In this document: in pieces, positions 46,981-56,079 of the stretch | Numbering within the stretch: position 1 is the stretch's first letter | Layout of the letters: every line of letters begins with the position of its first letter | Origin: Candidatus Multivorans thiocomprendens | GTDB lineage: Bacteria; Acidobacteriota; Thermoanaerobaculia; Multivoradales; Multivoraceae | Length of the DNA: 63,145 nucleotides | NCBI GenBank assembly: GCA_027493375.1 | Contig: JAPVWO010000243.1 | Location: 1-63,145 of the forward strand | Reading direction: 5' to 3' | Made by a program: the position numbers and the translations under genes | The notes under the pieces: generated by a model | Databases searched by the model: none | Told to the model about the DNA's origin: nothing | What the model saw: the letters and a program-made list of their open reading frames with translations, nothing else

Positions 46981-49554
46981 ATGATGGGGCAAGCTCAGGG
47001 CGCAGAAAGGCTGTTCTCGTCACTCGTCTTCATTGCGCTCCTTCCGGCAACCGCGGCCGCGCAGCAACTTTTCTCCTTCACCGACTCCGAAGGCCCGGCA
47101 TCCGTCCGGGCCTTTTCTGGTTCTGGTGACGGCGACGGCATCGGCCCGACTGTCGACCCTGCGGCGGTCAGCGTTCAGCTTGACGCCGGTTTGCTGGCCG
47201 CCGCGCCGTTGCGCCTGGTGCTCCCGACCCGCGACGGCGGCGCTCCGACGATCCTTGAACGGCGACACTTCGAGGATCGGGAACATGGCAACGTCACCTG
47301 GTCCGGATCCACCGATGGAGAGCGACACGAGCACTCGCTGTTCACGGTGCATGACGGCTTCACGATGGGTTCGTTCGCCGTCTCGGGAGTGCGCTACAGC
47401 TTGCTTGCCGACGCCGACGGGCGCGGCGTGCTCACCCCCGAGGCCACGGTAGATCCGGGCGAAGACTGGTGCCAGGATCATGCGCGCGACCTGCTGCCGG
47501 GCGCACAGTTGCCGCGCTACGATCCCCGCCCCTCGCAGCCAGCGAGGGTTGCCAGCCGTTCGACCAATGGCGGCGAGCACGAAATCGACATCCTGTTCGT
47601 CTATGTGCGGTCGGCCCAGGACGCGCTCGAAGACCCGAACGTCCTCGGCGGTTCGGTGACGGTCGCCGCGACCGCGCAGAAGCTGGTCGATTTCGCGAAC
47701 ATGGTCTACCGGAACACCCACATTCCCGTCCGGCTCCGAGTCGTCGGAATCGAGCCGGATCCCTGGCCCGTGGACGTGAACGGCACGACCTACTCGATGC
47801 TGGATCTTGAGTTCGACTATCTGGGAATCATCGACCGGGAGCACATGAACGCGCTACACGCGCTCCGGCGCGAGTACGACGCGGATCTAGTTCACTTGCT
47901 GACGCTGCACTGGCGCGCCGTCGTCGGCGGCATCTGCGGAGAGGCTTCGCTCTACTCGAAGCGCATGACGCCGCAGACAATGGCCCCCTACGCCTATGGC
48001 GCAACCAACGTTGTCTGCGATCACCCGACCGTCGCCGGACCAGGCTTCACAAACTGGACGTTCGTTCACGAGCTCGGCCACAACTTCGGCGCTCACCACT
48101 CGCGCGAGATACCGCACGGTCTCTCGCAACACGAGATCGACAACATGCCGGCCAGCGTGCGCGCCGACCTGTGCAACAACTACGATTTCTGCATCCGCGA
48201 CGAAACGGAGGTGCGAGCCGAGTACGCCTACGGCGCACTGGTGAACCCTCGCGCCAGCGACCACCACCTGCCGCTCGGCGACGGGACCTGGTGGCCGGTT
48301 GCCCCGGACCAGTACACCTGCCTCTCCGACCCGCAGACGCCCGGCTGCCCCGGCGCGGACGGAACGCTGTTGCCGGACGGCAAGAACGCCGGAGCGATCA
48401 CCGTCATGGGCTACAACCTGGGCGCGCACTGGATGCGGGTACCGTACTTCTCGAAAGCCCATATGTGGATCGGAGCGCAGGACGATTTCGGTCTGCAAGC
48501 GAACCAGTACGATGCATGGCTGCTCGGCTCCGAGTTCTCAGACGTGGCGCGGCTCCACGAGGAAACCGCTCCCGATCTGGCGAGCCTGTCCGATTACCAG
48601 TACCGCCTATCGCGCGCCCCCTCGGAGGTCTCCGTCACCACCCGGAGATCTCCCTCCGAGGACGGGATGATGGAGATCACCGTGGAGTTCAACGACAACT
48701 CCACCGACGAATCGAGTTTTCATGTCGAGGTCCGCGCGAAGGAGCGCGGATCGCTGCCCAGCGAACACGTCTGCCCGACGGATCCCGGCGTTTGGTGGCC
48801 GTGCAAATGGGGCGATTCGACGGGACGCCGGAGCTACACGTTCACGCGGCACGTTGTGCCTGGCCCGATGCTCTTCCGCGTTGCCGCGGTCAACGATGAC
48901 GGCCCTACGCTGTCGGGCGATTACGTCGAGACCGTAGGGATTGGGCGACCTGAGAAGCCGACGCTTGGCACGCCGGAGTTCCACGGGGCCGACCTGACCG
49001 TCGACGTCGCGATCGGCCAGGACACCGAAGGCGAGATCCTGGTGGAGCTTGTCATGTGCCCGTGCTCCCCCGGCCCGCAAGGCGGCGCAGGCGGCGTCAT
49101 TTCCGAGACGACATGGGCGGACAGCGACGGCAAGGTCGCTTTCCCGTTCGAGTTCGGCGAGGACTACCAACTGTTCGCGGCCGCGCAGAATCAGTACGGC
49201 CACTCCGTCACTGACCTGATCGACGTGAAGGCCCCGGCGAAGGCGGCCGGCAAACGTCCGACGAAACCCGCGTTCACGAAGTTGACCTACAACACCGCCG
49301 ACTCCACGATGACGTTCCGGTACAACGGGATATCGAGCGACACCGAGACGTTGAGATTGAGCCTGGTCGACCTGACCGCGTGGGAGGAAACCAAGCTGTG
49401 GTCTGTCCTCGGCGACTTGAAGGTGCCGGCAAAGGGCAAGGGCAAGGTCTCGACTCCGTATGTTCCGGGCCACAACTATCGGGCCGTGCTCGAAGCGACG
49501 AACGGCGCCGGCGTGACGCAATCGGACACGTTCCGGTTCTCCTCGATTCCTTGA
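46981..49554 (+). CDS. secreted metzincin zinc metalloprotease (reprolysin/ADAM-like M12B catalytic motif) with C-terminal FN3/Ig-like repeats
   Basis: Internal ATG of ORF 46711..49554 with GGGAGG at 46969-46974. Signal peptide LFSSLVFIALLPATAAAQ. HELGHNFGAHH matches HExxHxxGxxH. Confidence 0.8.
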   Translation: MMGQAQGAERLFSSLVFIALLPATAAAQQLFSFTDSEGPASVRAFSGSGDGDGIGPTVDPAAVSVQLDAGLLAAAPLRLVLPTRDGGAPTILERRHFEDREHGNVTWSGSTDGERHEHSLFTVHDGFTMGSFAVSGVRYSLLADADGRGVLTPEATVDPGEDWCQDHARDLLPGAQLPRYDPRPSQPARVASRSTNGGEHEIDILFVYVRSAQDALEDPNVLGGSVTVAATAQKLVDFANMVYRNTHIPVRLRVVGIEPDPWPVDVNGTTYSMLDLEFDYLGIIDREHMNALHALRREYDADLVHLLTLHWRAVVGGICGEASLYSKRMTPQTMAPYAYGATNVVCDHPTVAGPGFTNWTFVHELGHNFGAHHSREIPHGLSQHEIDNMPASVRADLCNNYDFCIRDETEVRAEYAYGALVNPRASDHHLPLGDGTWWPVAPDQYTCLSDPQTPGCPGADGTLLPDGKNAGAITVMGYNLGAHWMRVPYFSKAHMWIGAQDDFGLQANQYDAWLLGSEFSDVARLHEETAPDLASLSDYQYRLSRAPSEVSVTTRRSPSEDGMMEITVEFNDNSTDESSFHVEVRAKERGSLPSEHVCPTDPGVWWPCKWGDSTGRRSYTFTRHVVPGPMLFRVAAVNDDGPTLSGDYVETVGIGRPEKPTLGTPEFHGADLTVDVAIGQDTEGEILVELVMCPCSPGPQGGAGGVISETTWADSDGKVAFPFEFGEDYQLFAAAQNQYGHSVTDLIDVKAPAKAAGKRPTKPAFTKLTYNTADSTMTFRYNGISSDTETLRLSLVDLTAWEETKLWSVLGDLKVPAKGKGKVSTPYVPGHNYRAVLEATNGAGVTQSDTFRFSSIP

Positions 49555-49799
49555 ACCGACAAACAGGCGCTCCCGCTGGCCCCGGGACGACTCCGGCGAC
49601 GTGCATTACTGGCCGTCCGTGTCAGAGCATGGCCGAAGCCCTGAGAGGCCCTACAACGGCCGATCGCCCGGATCCGCGTGGGGTATGGGCCTGGAACCGC
49701 CCCCGCGGCGACGCCAGGGGGCAAGCTGCCGGCCCTGGCCCGCGTACAACGGCGATACCACTCCCCGGCCGGAGGGGCAAACGATGCTTCGCTGTTGCT

Positions 49800-49851
49800 G
49801 CCGGCCCCTCTCCCCGTCGACTAATACTAATAGGGCGAGGGGCCGGCTTTT
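49800..49851 (+). terminator. stem-loop with AT-rich loop and T-run (terminator-like)
   Basis: GCCGGCCCCTC(49800-49810) pairs perfectly with GAGGGGCCGGC(49837-49847) and is followed by TTTT. The loop contains CTAATACTAATA, which is atypically AT-rich. Confidence 0.35.
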
Positions 49852-49903
49852 CCCGCTTCGAGGGGGCAAGCGGGATCCGCACGGCGGCCGGCCCGATCCG
49901 CAA

Positions 49904-50799
49904 CTGAGGGGCGCACCGTTCGCGGCGCTCCAGTGCGGAATCGACACTCCGGGATCCTCGATCCCTGGCCAAGGCTTTGACAATGTATGCTCCCTTCTTG
50001 CCTCGACGAGTTTCTGGAAGGCGCTTCGGTCGAGCAGTTCGCTTTCGAGGCTGGCGAAGAAGCTCTCGGCCATGGCGTTGTCGCGGCGGTCTCCGACCGA
50101 GCCCATGGAGAGCCTGGTCCCGGCCTCGCGGCAGCGCTTCCCGAACTTGAAGGGAACTGTGCTGGCTGCCTCCATCCGAGGGATGGACGACGCCCTTGCC
50201 CGGCCGTCGCTGGGCGCCGGCCATGTTCAGGGCGGCCACGACGAGTTCGGCCCGCGGGGCGGCCAGCCATCGCCCAACCGACGATGCGGGGGCTGAAGAC
50301 GTCCAGGACGATGGCCAGGCAGAGGAAACCGCGCAGAGTCGGCACGTAGATGATGTCGGCCACCCACGGGCGGTCGGGCGCTTCGGCCTCGAACTCCCGG
50401 TTGACCAGGTCCGGCGCCGGGCGAGCCCTCTTGTCACGGAGCGTGGTCCGCGGCTTGGAGCGTGGTCTGCGGCTTCTTGCGGCGACTTGCGCCGGTCAGG
50501 CCCGACTCTCGCATGAGTCTCGCGACCCGCTTGCGGCTCACCAGGACGCCTTCGTCGGCCAACTCCGCCTGGATCCGGGGAGCTCCGCAGGTTCCCCGAG
50601 TGGCTTCATGGATCGACCGAATCCGCCCGGACAGGGCAGCGTCCGCCTGGGTCCTGGCCAACGGAATCCGCTTGCACCGCGCGTAGTGTCCGCTCGTGGA
50701 GACGCCGAGCACGCGCGCCATGGTCGAAACGCGAAACTCGGCCCGGTACGCGCTCATGAACCGGAAGACCTCTTCCGGCCCGTCTCCCGAGCGTACCAA
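49904..50799 (-). pseudogene. IS3-family transposase OrfB (integrase core), multiply frameshifted
   Basis: HTH_21-like part in ORF 50434..50799. ADIIYVPTLRGFLCLAIVLDVFSPRIVGWAM in ORF 49827..50363. ELVVAALNMA ... VVHPSDGGSQHSS in ORF 49622..50437. SMGSVGDRRDNAMAESFFASLESEL in ORF 49651..50175. Confidence 0.8.
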
Positions 50800-51062
50800 G
50801 CCGTAGCTTGTGCCAGGATCTCTCGCTCCTCGCGCAGTCTGCGGACCTCACGCCGGAGCCGGCGCAACTCTTCACGCTCCGCTGTAGTCGTGCCGTCGCG
50901 CTGGCGTCCCTCGTCGCGATCCGCCTGCCTGACCCAGTTACGGATCGACTGCGCTGAAGGCTCAAACTCGCGGGCTAGATGGTCCGGGCTCCGCCCGGAC
51001 CGGACCAGATCCACCATCTGCTGCCGGTACTCGGCCGGGTACGGTGGGCTTGATCTTGGCAT
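50754..51062 (-). CDS. IS3-family transposase OrfA (HTH)
   Basis: 102 aa. YPAEYRQQMVDLV ... leucine-zipper-like EELRRLRREVRRLREEREIL. AGGAGGAGG RBS. Confidence 0.85.
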   Translation of the reverse strand: MPRSSPPYPAEYRQQMVDLVRSGRSPDHLAREFEPSAQSIRNWVRQADRDEGRQRDGTTTAEREELRRLRREVRRLREEREILAQATAWYARETGRKRSSGS

Positions 51063-51164
51063 CGTGGGTACCTCCTCCTGTTACAAGGATGAAGTGTCCG
51101 CGAAAACCGGAGCAAGCTCAGGACATTCTCGAGCAAGGCGCTTCGCGGTAGTAGGCTGTTTTCG

Positions 51165-52790
51165 GTGATCTACTACCTTGGCCCGTTCGTTCTGAAGCCT
51201 GAAGAGTACGGCCTCGAGGTGGCCGAGAAGCGGGTTCGGCTTCAGCCCAAGGTGTTCGAACTGCTGGCCTTCCTCGTCGCCAACAGGGACCGGGTGGTGT
51301 CCAAGGAGGAGCTGCTGCGGCACATCTGGCACGGCGCCTACGTGTCGGAAGCGGCGATCAGCCGTGCGGTCAGCAAGGTGCGGAAAGTGCTCCGAGCCGG
51401 CGGCGGCAGCGCCGACTGGATCACCACCGTCTACGGACGCGGATTCCGCTTCGTCGGCCCGGTGATCGAAGACCTGGCGGTGCCGGACGGCGCCTCCGTG
51501 GTCCCGGATTCGCAGCCGGAGGAAGAGCGGAGGATCTCGATCGCCGTCCTGCCGTTCGCCGACCATAGCCCGCAGCGCGACCAGGCTCATCTCTGCGAGG
51601 GGATGGCCGAGGAGATCCTTTACCGGCTCGCGCATGTCGTCGGCCTCCGGGTCGTGGCCCGCGGCGTGTCCTTCCAGTACGACGCGCTGGCCGATCCCCG
51701 CGAGGTCGGACGGCAGATCGGCGCCGACCTGGTGGTGGAGGGTACGGTCCGCAAGGAGGGCGACGAACTGCGCATCGGCGTCGAAGTGACGGACGCGCGG
51801 ACCGGGCTCCAGGTCTGGTCCGAGCAATGGCAGCGGCAATCGCGGCACCTCTTCGCGTTGCAGGACCAGACCGCGACCCTCATCGCGGAAACGCTCGAAC
51901 TACGCCTCGCCCCGGACGCGCCGCGCCACGAGGCCCGGCGCACCGCATCCAGCCAGGCCTACGACCTCTATCTGCGCGGGCGCAGTCTCTACCACCAGGC
52001 GCGCAAGAGGACCTACTACGAGGCGCGGCGGCTGTTCGGGGAGGCGATCCAGCTCGATCCCGAGTATGCCCTGGCTCACGCGGCGTCCGCCCACTGCTCC
52101 GCGTATCTCTACCAGACTCACGAGCCGAGATCGGAGAACCTGCGGCTGGCCGACGAGTCGAGTTCGCGGGCCCTGGAACTGGCGCCGGAAGTCGCGGAGG
52201 CGCACTCGGCGAGGGCCATGGCCCTCAGCACGAATGGCGGGCTGGAGGAGGCCGAAGTCCACTTCCGGCGCGCCCTGGAACTCGATCCGCTGAGCTTCGA
52301 TGCGAGTTGCAACTTCGCCCGTCACCTCTTCGGCCAAGGTCGGATGGAGGAGGCGGTGACGTTCTTCTTCCGCGCGATCGAGGCCGATCCGACGGCTTAC
52401 GCCTCCTGCTCCATCTGCGCCTCGGCGCTCCTGGGGCTCGGCCGGAAGGCGGAAGCGGCACGACTCGAGAAACTCACGATCGCCAGGGTGCGAAGGCGTC
52501 TGTTGCGTCACCCCGACGATCAGCGGGCGATCTACTTCGGCGCGTTCGCTCTTGCCCGCGACGGTAAGGTCGACGAGGCCCTCGAGTGGGCCGCGCGGGC
52601 GGAGGCCCTGGATCCGGAGGATGCCGTGGCACTCTACAACCTCGCCTGCCTCGCGGTCGCCTGCGGTGACTTGGAGCGTGGACTGGGCTACCTCGGCTCG
52701 GCGATCACTCACGGGTATTCGCTCCTGAACTGGATCGAGAACGATGCCGATCTGGCGCCGCTGCGGGCGGATCCGCGGTTCGAGGATGTC
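51165..52790 (+). CDS. OmpR/PhoB-type winged-helix DNA-binding domain + TPR-repeat regulator (native 3' end apparently lost)
   Basis: N-terminal wHTH (RLQPKVFELLAFLVANRDRVVSKEELLRHIW ... GRGFRF). TolB-N-like ISIAVLPFAD. TPR repeats up to ...LRADPRFEDV. The ORF has no stop until 53447 and there runs antisense to the ATPase gene. Confidence 0.7.
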
Positions 52791-52922
52791 GACGATCTGG
52801 ACGCGGCTGGTGTTCGCGGCGCGAGCCAGAGCGGCCTGCGAGAGACCGCGGTACTCGCGCCAGACCCGCAGGGGCGACTCGCCGTCGATCAGGCGGCCAC
52901 CAGCCTGCGGCGTCGTTCCAGC
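52785..52922 (-). pseudogene. remnant of an XRE-family HTH (antitoxin-like) gene
   Basis: Hand translation of the minus strand directly after the ATPase stop gives AGTTPQAGGRLIDGESPLRVWREYRGLSQAALARAANTSRVQIVDI. There is no start codon, and the helix-turn-helix breaks off at ~52785. Confidence 0.5.
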
Positions 52923-54095
52923 CTAGACCCACGCCTCCTCGTGCAACCTCGACCACGGCACCAGACGCGCGTCCGAGCGTTGCTGGACCTGGTCGCCCCC
53001 GTAGACCACGATCTTCTCGCAGCGGCGGCCCGTTTGCTGGACGATCGCGCCGACTCGTCGTGGGGCGTCGAGCAGCCGGTTCGTAGCGGTCTGCGAGGAC
53101 TTCGCTTCGACCACCGTGAGCCGGTCGCCACGCTCGATGACCAGGTCGACTTCCGCGCCACTTCGGTCCCGGTAGAAGGTCAGACCTCCGCGCTCGCCCC
53201 GATTCGTGCGGTGTTTCGCGATCTCCGTGACCATCCACGTTTCGAACAGGGCACTTCGGAGTGGATGAGTCCGCAACTGCTCCGCGGAGCGGATCCCCAG
53301 CAGCCAGCACGCCAACCCGGGGTCCTGGAAGTGCAGCTTGGGCGTCTTCACCAGGCGCTTGCGGAGGTTGGCGTGGAACGGGCGGAGCCGGAAGACGAGA
53401 AAGCTGGCCTCGAGCACGTTGAGCCAGGCCTTGGCGGTGGGTTGTGAGACGCCGCAGTCTGCCGCCAGCGAGGAGTAGTTGAGTAACTGCGCGGTGCGGC
53501 CAGCGCACAACTCGACGAAACGTTGAAACGCATCAAGATCGTTGATGTTCCCGATCGTGCGCGCGTCTCGTTCCAGGTAGGTGGCTACATAGGCGGCGAG
53601 CCAGTCTCCGGGGTCGATCCGGCGGTCCAGAATTGCGGGGTAGCCGCCGGTGAAGAGAACCTCTTCCAAGGTCAACGGATGGTGTCCGAATCGCCGCACC
53701 TCGTTGTTGGTGAGGGGCAGCAGGTGGAGCACGGCGGAGCGACCCGCCAGGGACTGACTCACGGTCTTGAGCAGAGCCAGATTCTGGGAGCCCGTGAGGA
53801 TGAAGCGCCCGGGCCGCGGATCGGCGTCGATCAGACCCTGAAGGTACGACGGAAGATCCGGTGCGCGCTGAACTTCGTCGACTATGGCGCCATCGGGAAA
53901 CTGGGCGAGAAAGGCGCGCGGGTCGCCGGTGGCGAAGGCGCGTACGTCCGGCGCTTCAAGGTTCGCGTAGGCCAGGTCCGGAAACAGTGCTTCGCAGAGC
54001 GTGGACTTGCCGCTCTGGCGCGGACCGGTGAGCGTGACGGCGGGGAACTGCCGCGCTGCCTGAAGTAGTCGGGGCGCAAGGTCGCGGTCGATCAT
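52923..54095 (-). CDS. AAA-family ATPase with DUF4143 domain
   Basis: Walker A GPRQSGKST, DEVQRAPDL and ILTGSQ motifs. 390 aa, typical of the AAA_14/DUF4143 architecture. Confidence 0.85.
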   Translation of the reverse strand: MIDRDLAPRLLQAARQFPAVTLTGPRQSGKSTLCEALFPDLAYANLEAPDVRAFATGDPRAFLAQFPDGAIVDEVQRAPDLPSYLQGLIDADPRPGRFILTGSQNLALLKTVSQSLAGRSAVLHLLPLTNNEVRRFGHHPLTLEEVLFTGGYPAILDRRIDPGDWLAAYVATYLERDARTIGNINDLDAFQRFVELCAGRTAQLLNYSSLAADCGVSQPTAKAWLNVLEASFLVFRLRPFHANLRKRLVKTPKLHFQDPGLACWLLGIRSAEQLRTHPLRSALFETWMVTEIAKHRTNRGERGGLTFYRDRSGAEVDLVIERGDRLTVVEAKSSQTATNRLLDAPRRVGAIVQQTGRRCEKIVVYGGDQVQQRSDARLVPWSRLHEEAWV

Positions 54096-54124
54096 GGTCG
54101 GGAGCCGAGTCTAGCTCGGCGCCT

Positions 54125-54155
54125 GGCTGATTCAAAGTGGCGGTTTGAATCAGCC
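54125..54155. promoter_or_regulatory. perfect 12-bp inverted repeat (putative operator) upstream of the DUF4143 ATPase gene
   Basis: GGCTGATTCAAA-gtggcgg-TTTGAATCAGCC, 30-60 nt upstream of the start at 54095. AT-richer than its surroundings. Confidence 0.35.
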
Positions 54156-54305
54156 AAGTTCCGCGAGTTTCCATTGGCGCTTTGGGAGCGGGCTGTCCAC
54201 GCAGAAAGGCAGCGACTTCGCGGCAGCTAACATCGCCTTCAGATTCCAGCCAGACGAGCGGGCCGCCGAGGCCTGGAAACCGAGATCCTGACAAGAGGAC
54301 CCACC

Positions 54306-56060
54306 ATGCACGACATCGCAATCCGTAACGGCCGCATCATCGACGGCACTGGCGCCCCGGAGTTCCAGGGCGACATCGCCATCGACGGCGCGGTGATCAC
54401 CAGCGTCAACGGGGGCGTGGGCAAGGCGCGACGCGAGATCGACGCGGAAGGCAAGCTGGTCGTGCCCGGCTGGATCGACATCCACACGCACTTCGACGCC
54501 CAGGTGTCCTGGGACCCGTACCTGACGCCGTCCTGCTGGAACGGCGTGACGACGATCGTCATGGGCAACTGCGGCGTGGGCTTCGCGCCGGTGAAGCCGA
54601 AGGACCGCGACTGGCTGCTCGACCTGATGGACGCGGTCGAGGACATCCCGGCGATCGCCATGTCGGCGGGAATGGAGTGGAAGTGGGAGACATTCCCCGA
54701 GTACCTGGACGCGATCGACGACAAGCCGCGGATCATGGACGTGATCACCCAGGTTCCCCATTGCGCGCTCCGCACCTACGTGATGGGGGAGCGCGGCGCC
54801 GAGGACATCCAGCCGACGGATGACGAACTGGCCCAGATGGAGCGTCTCGTGCGGGAGAGCATCCGGGCGGGCGCCTTCGGCGTCTCCTCGAACCGGCTCC
54901 TGGCGCACCGCACGAAGGAGGGGGAGATGGTCCCGGGGACGTTCGCCCGCTATCCGGAGCTCGAGGCGATCGCGAACGGCATGAGCGACGCCGGCGGCGG
55001 CGTGTTCCAGTTCGTCGGCCCGTTCGAGCGCGAGTGGTTGCTCGGCCTCGGCCGCAAGGACGGGATCACGGTGACCTATCTCTCGGGCGAGGCGGCGCAG
55101 GAGGGATTGACCGCGCTCGAGGCGCGCCGCTACCAGGGGATCCGGGTCTTCCCGCAGATCCGCGGCCGCGGCACGACGGTGCTGATGAACCTGGAGGGTT
55201 CGCTTCACCCCTACGTCCTGAACTACGCCTACCGTGAACTGGTCGGTCACCTGCCGATGCCGGAGCGGCTCGAGCGGATGCGCGATCCGGAGGTGCGGGC
55301 CAAGATCCTCGCCAGCGACTGGGACATGACGAACGACGCCCGGCGCAACAGCCCCGAGGACGTGGATCACCCGTTCCTGGTCGACGCGACGCCGGGCAGC
55401 CTGCTGCCGGGCCTCCTGGAGTTGATGCACTCCCAGCCGGAGGCGGTCTACGTGCTCGGCGATCCACCGAACTATGAGCCGGATCAGGAGGCGAGCGTCG
55501 CGGCACATGCCAGGCGCAACGGCCTGACGGGGCCGGAGGCGTTCTACGACCTTCTGACCCAGGGCGACGGCAGCACTCTGCTGCTGTTCTACCTGGACGG
55601 CTACTCGAAGCGGAACTTCGACTACATGGCCGCCCTGATGCGGCACCCGCTGACCTGCAACGGCCTGAGTGACGCCGGTGCTCACGTCGGTGCTGTCAGC
55701 GACGCCCACATGCCAACCTGGAACCTGTCCTTCTGGGGCCGCGACCGCAGCCGCGGCGACCGGATCGAGCTGGAGACGATCGTCCACAAGCAGACCGGCG
55801 CCAACGCCGCCCTCTACGGCTTGTCCGACCGGGGCGTTCTGGAGCCGGGGAAGCGCGCCGACATCAGCGTGATCGATTTCGACCGCCTGTCGTCGGAGGC
55901 GCCGTACCTCGTCTACGACCTGCCCGAGAACGCGAAGCGCTACATGCAACGCCCGCGGGGCTACGACGCGACGATCTGTGCCGGCGAGGTCGTCCTCAAG
56001 AACGACGAGGTCACGGGCGCCCTGCCGGGGCGGCTCGTCCGCAGCCGGCCGGCGGCGTAG
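54306..56060 (+). CDS. N-acyl-D-amino-acid deacylase (D-aminoacylase) family amidohydrolase
   Basis: IRNGRIIDGTG ... VVPGWIDIHTHFD ... GVTTIVMGNCG pattern. 584 aa. Confidence 0.85.
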   Translation: MHDIAIRNGRIIDGTGAPEFQGDIAIDGAVITSVNGGVGKARREIDAEGKLVVPGWIDIHTHFDAQVSWDPYLTPSCWNGVTTIVMGNCGVGFAPVKPKDRDWLLDLMDAVEDIPAIAMSAGMEWKWETFPEYLDAIDDKPRIMDVITQVPHCALRTYVMGERGAEDIQPTDDELAQMERLVRESIRAGAFGVSSNRLLAHRTKEGEMVPGTFARYPELEAIANGMSDAGGGVFQFVGPFEREWLLGLGRKDGITVTYLSGEAAQEGLTALEARRYQGIRVFPQIRGRGTTVLMNLEGSLHPYVLNYAYRELVGHLPMPERLERMRDPEVRAKILASDWDMTNDARRNSPEDVDHPFLVDATPGSLLPGLLELMHSQPEAVYVLGDPPNYEPDQEASVAAHARRNGLTGPEAFYDLLTQGDGSTLLLFYLDGYSKRNFDYMAALMRHPLTCNGLSDAGAHVGAVSDAHMPTWNLSFWGRDRSRGDRIELETIVHKQTGANAALYGLSDRGVLEPGKRADISVIDFDRLSSEAPYLVYDLPENAKRYMQRPRGYDATICAGEVVLKNDEVTGALPGRLVRSRPAA

Positions 56061-56079
56061 CGGCGTCGGTGGCACCCGC

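Larger units (their letters stand above)
49904..51121 (-). mobile_element. IS3-family insertion sequence, decayed (boundaries approximate)
   Basis: orfA is intact. orfB homology is spread over three reading frames. Imperfect terminal inverted repeats: CTGAGGGGCGCACCGTTCGCGG (49904..) versus the reverse complement of 51121.., CTGAGCTTGCTCCGGTTTTCGCGG. Confidence 0.75.

Noticed and set aside
49640-49765. Weak direct repeat GGCCC..TACAACGGC(C)GAT (~49646 and ~49735) in the spacer after the metzincin gene; also considered a tRNA or tRNA fragment as an IS target
   Set aside because: The match is short and imperfect. I could not fold a cloverleaf or find conserved T-loop (GTTCGAATC-like) or D-loop elements.
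52790-53447. 3' extension of the wHTH-TPR regulator ORF
   Set aside because: After ...RADPRFEDV the translation loses all TPR character. It is antisense to the well-supported DUF4143 ATPase gene. I interpret it as read-through caused by loss of the native stop, not as functional coding sequence.
49904-54155. IS3 relic + regulator + XRE remnant + DUF4143 ATPase as an active defence island or prophage fragment
   Set aside because: No integrase, nuclease, methyltransferase, phage structural genes or tRNA boundary were recognised. All mobile or TA-like parts are degraded. It is reported only as a degraded accessory patch.
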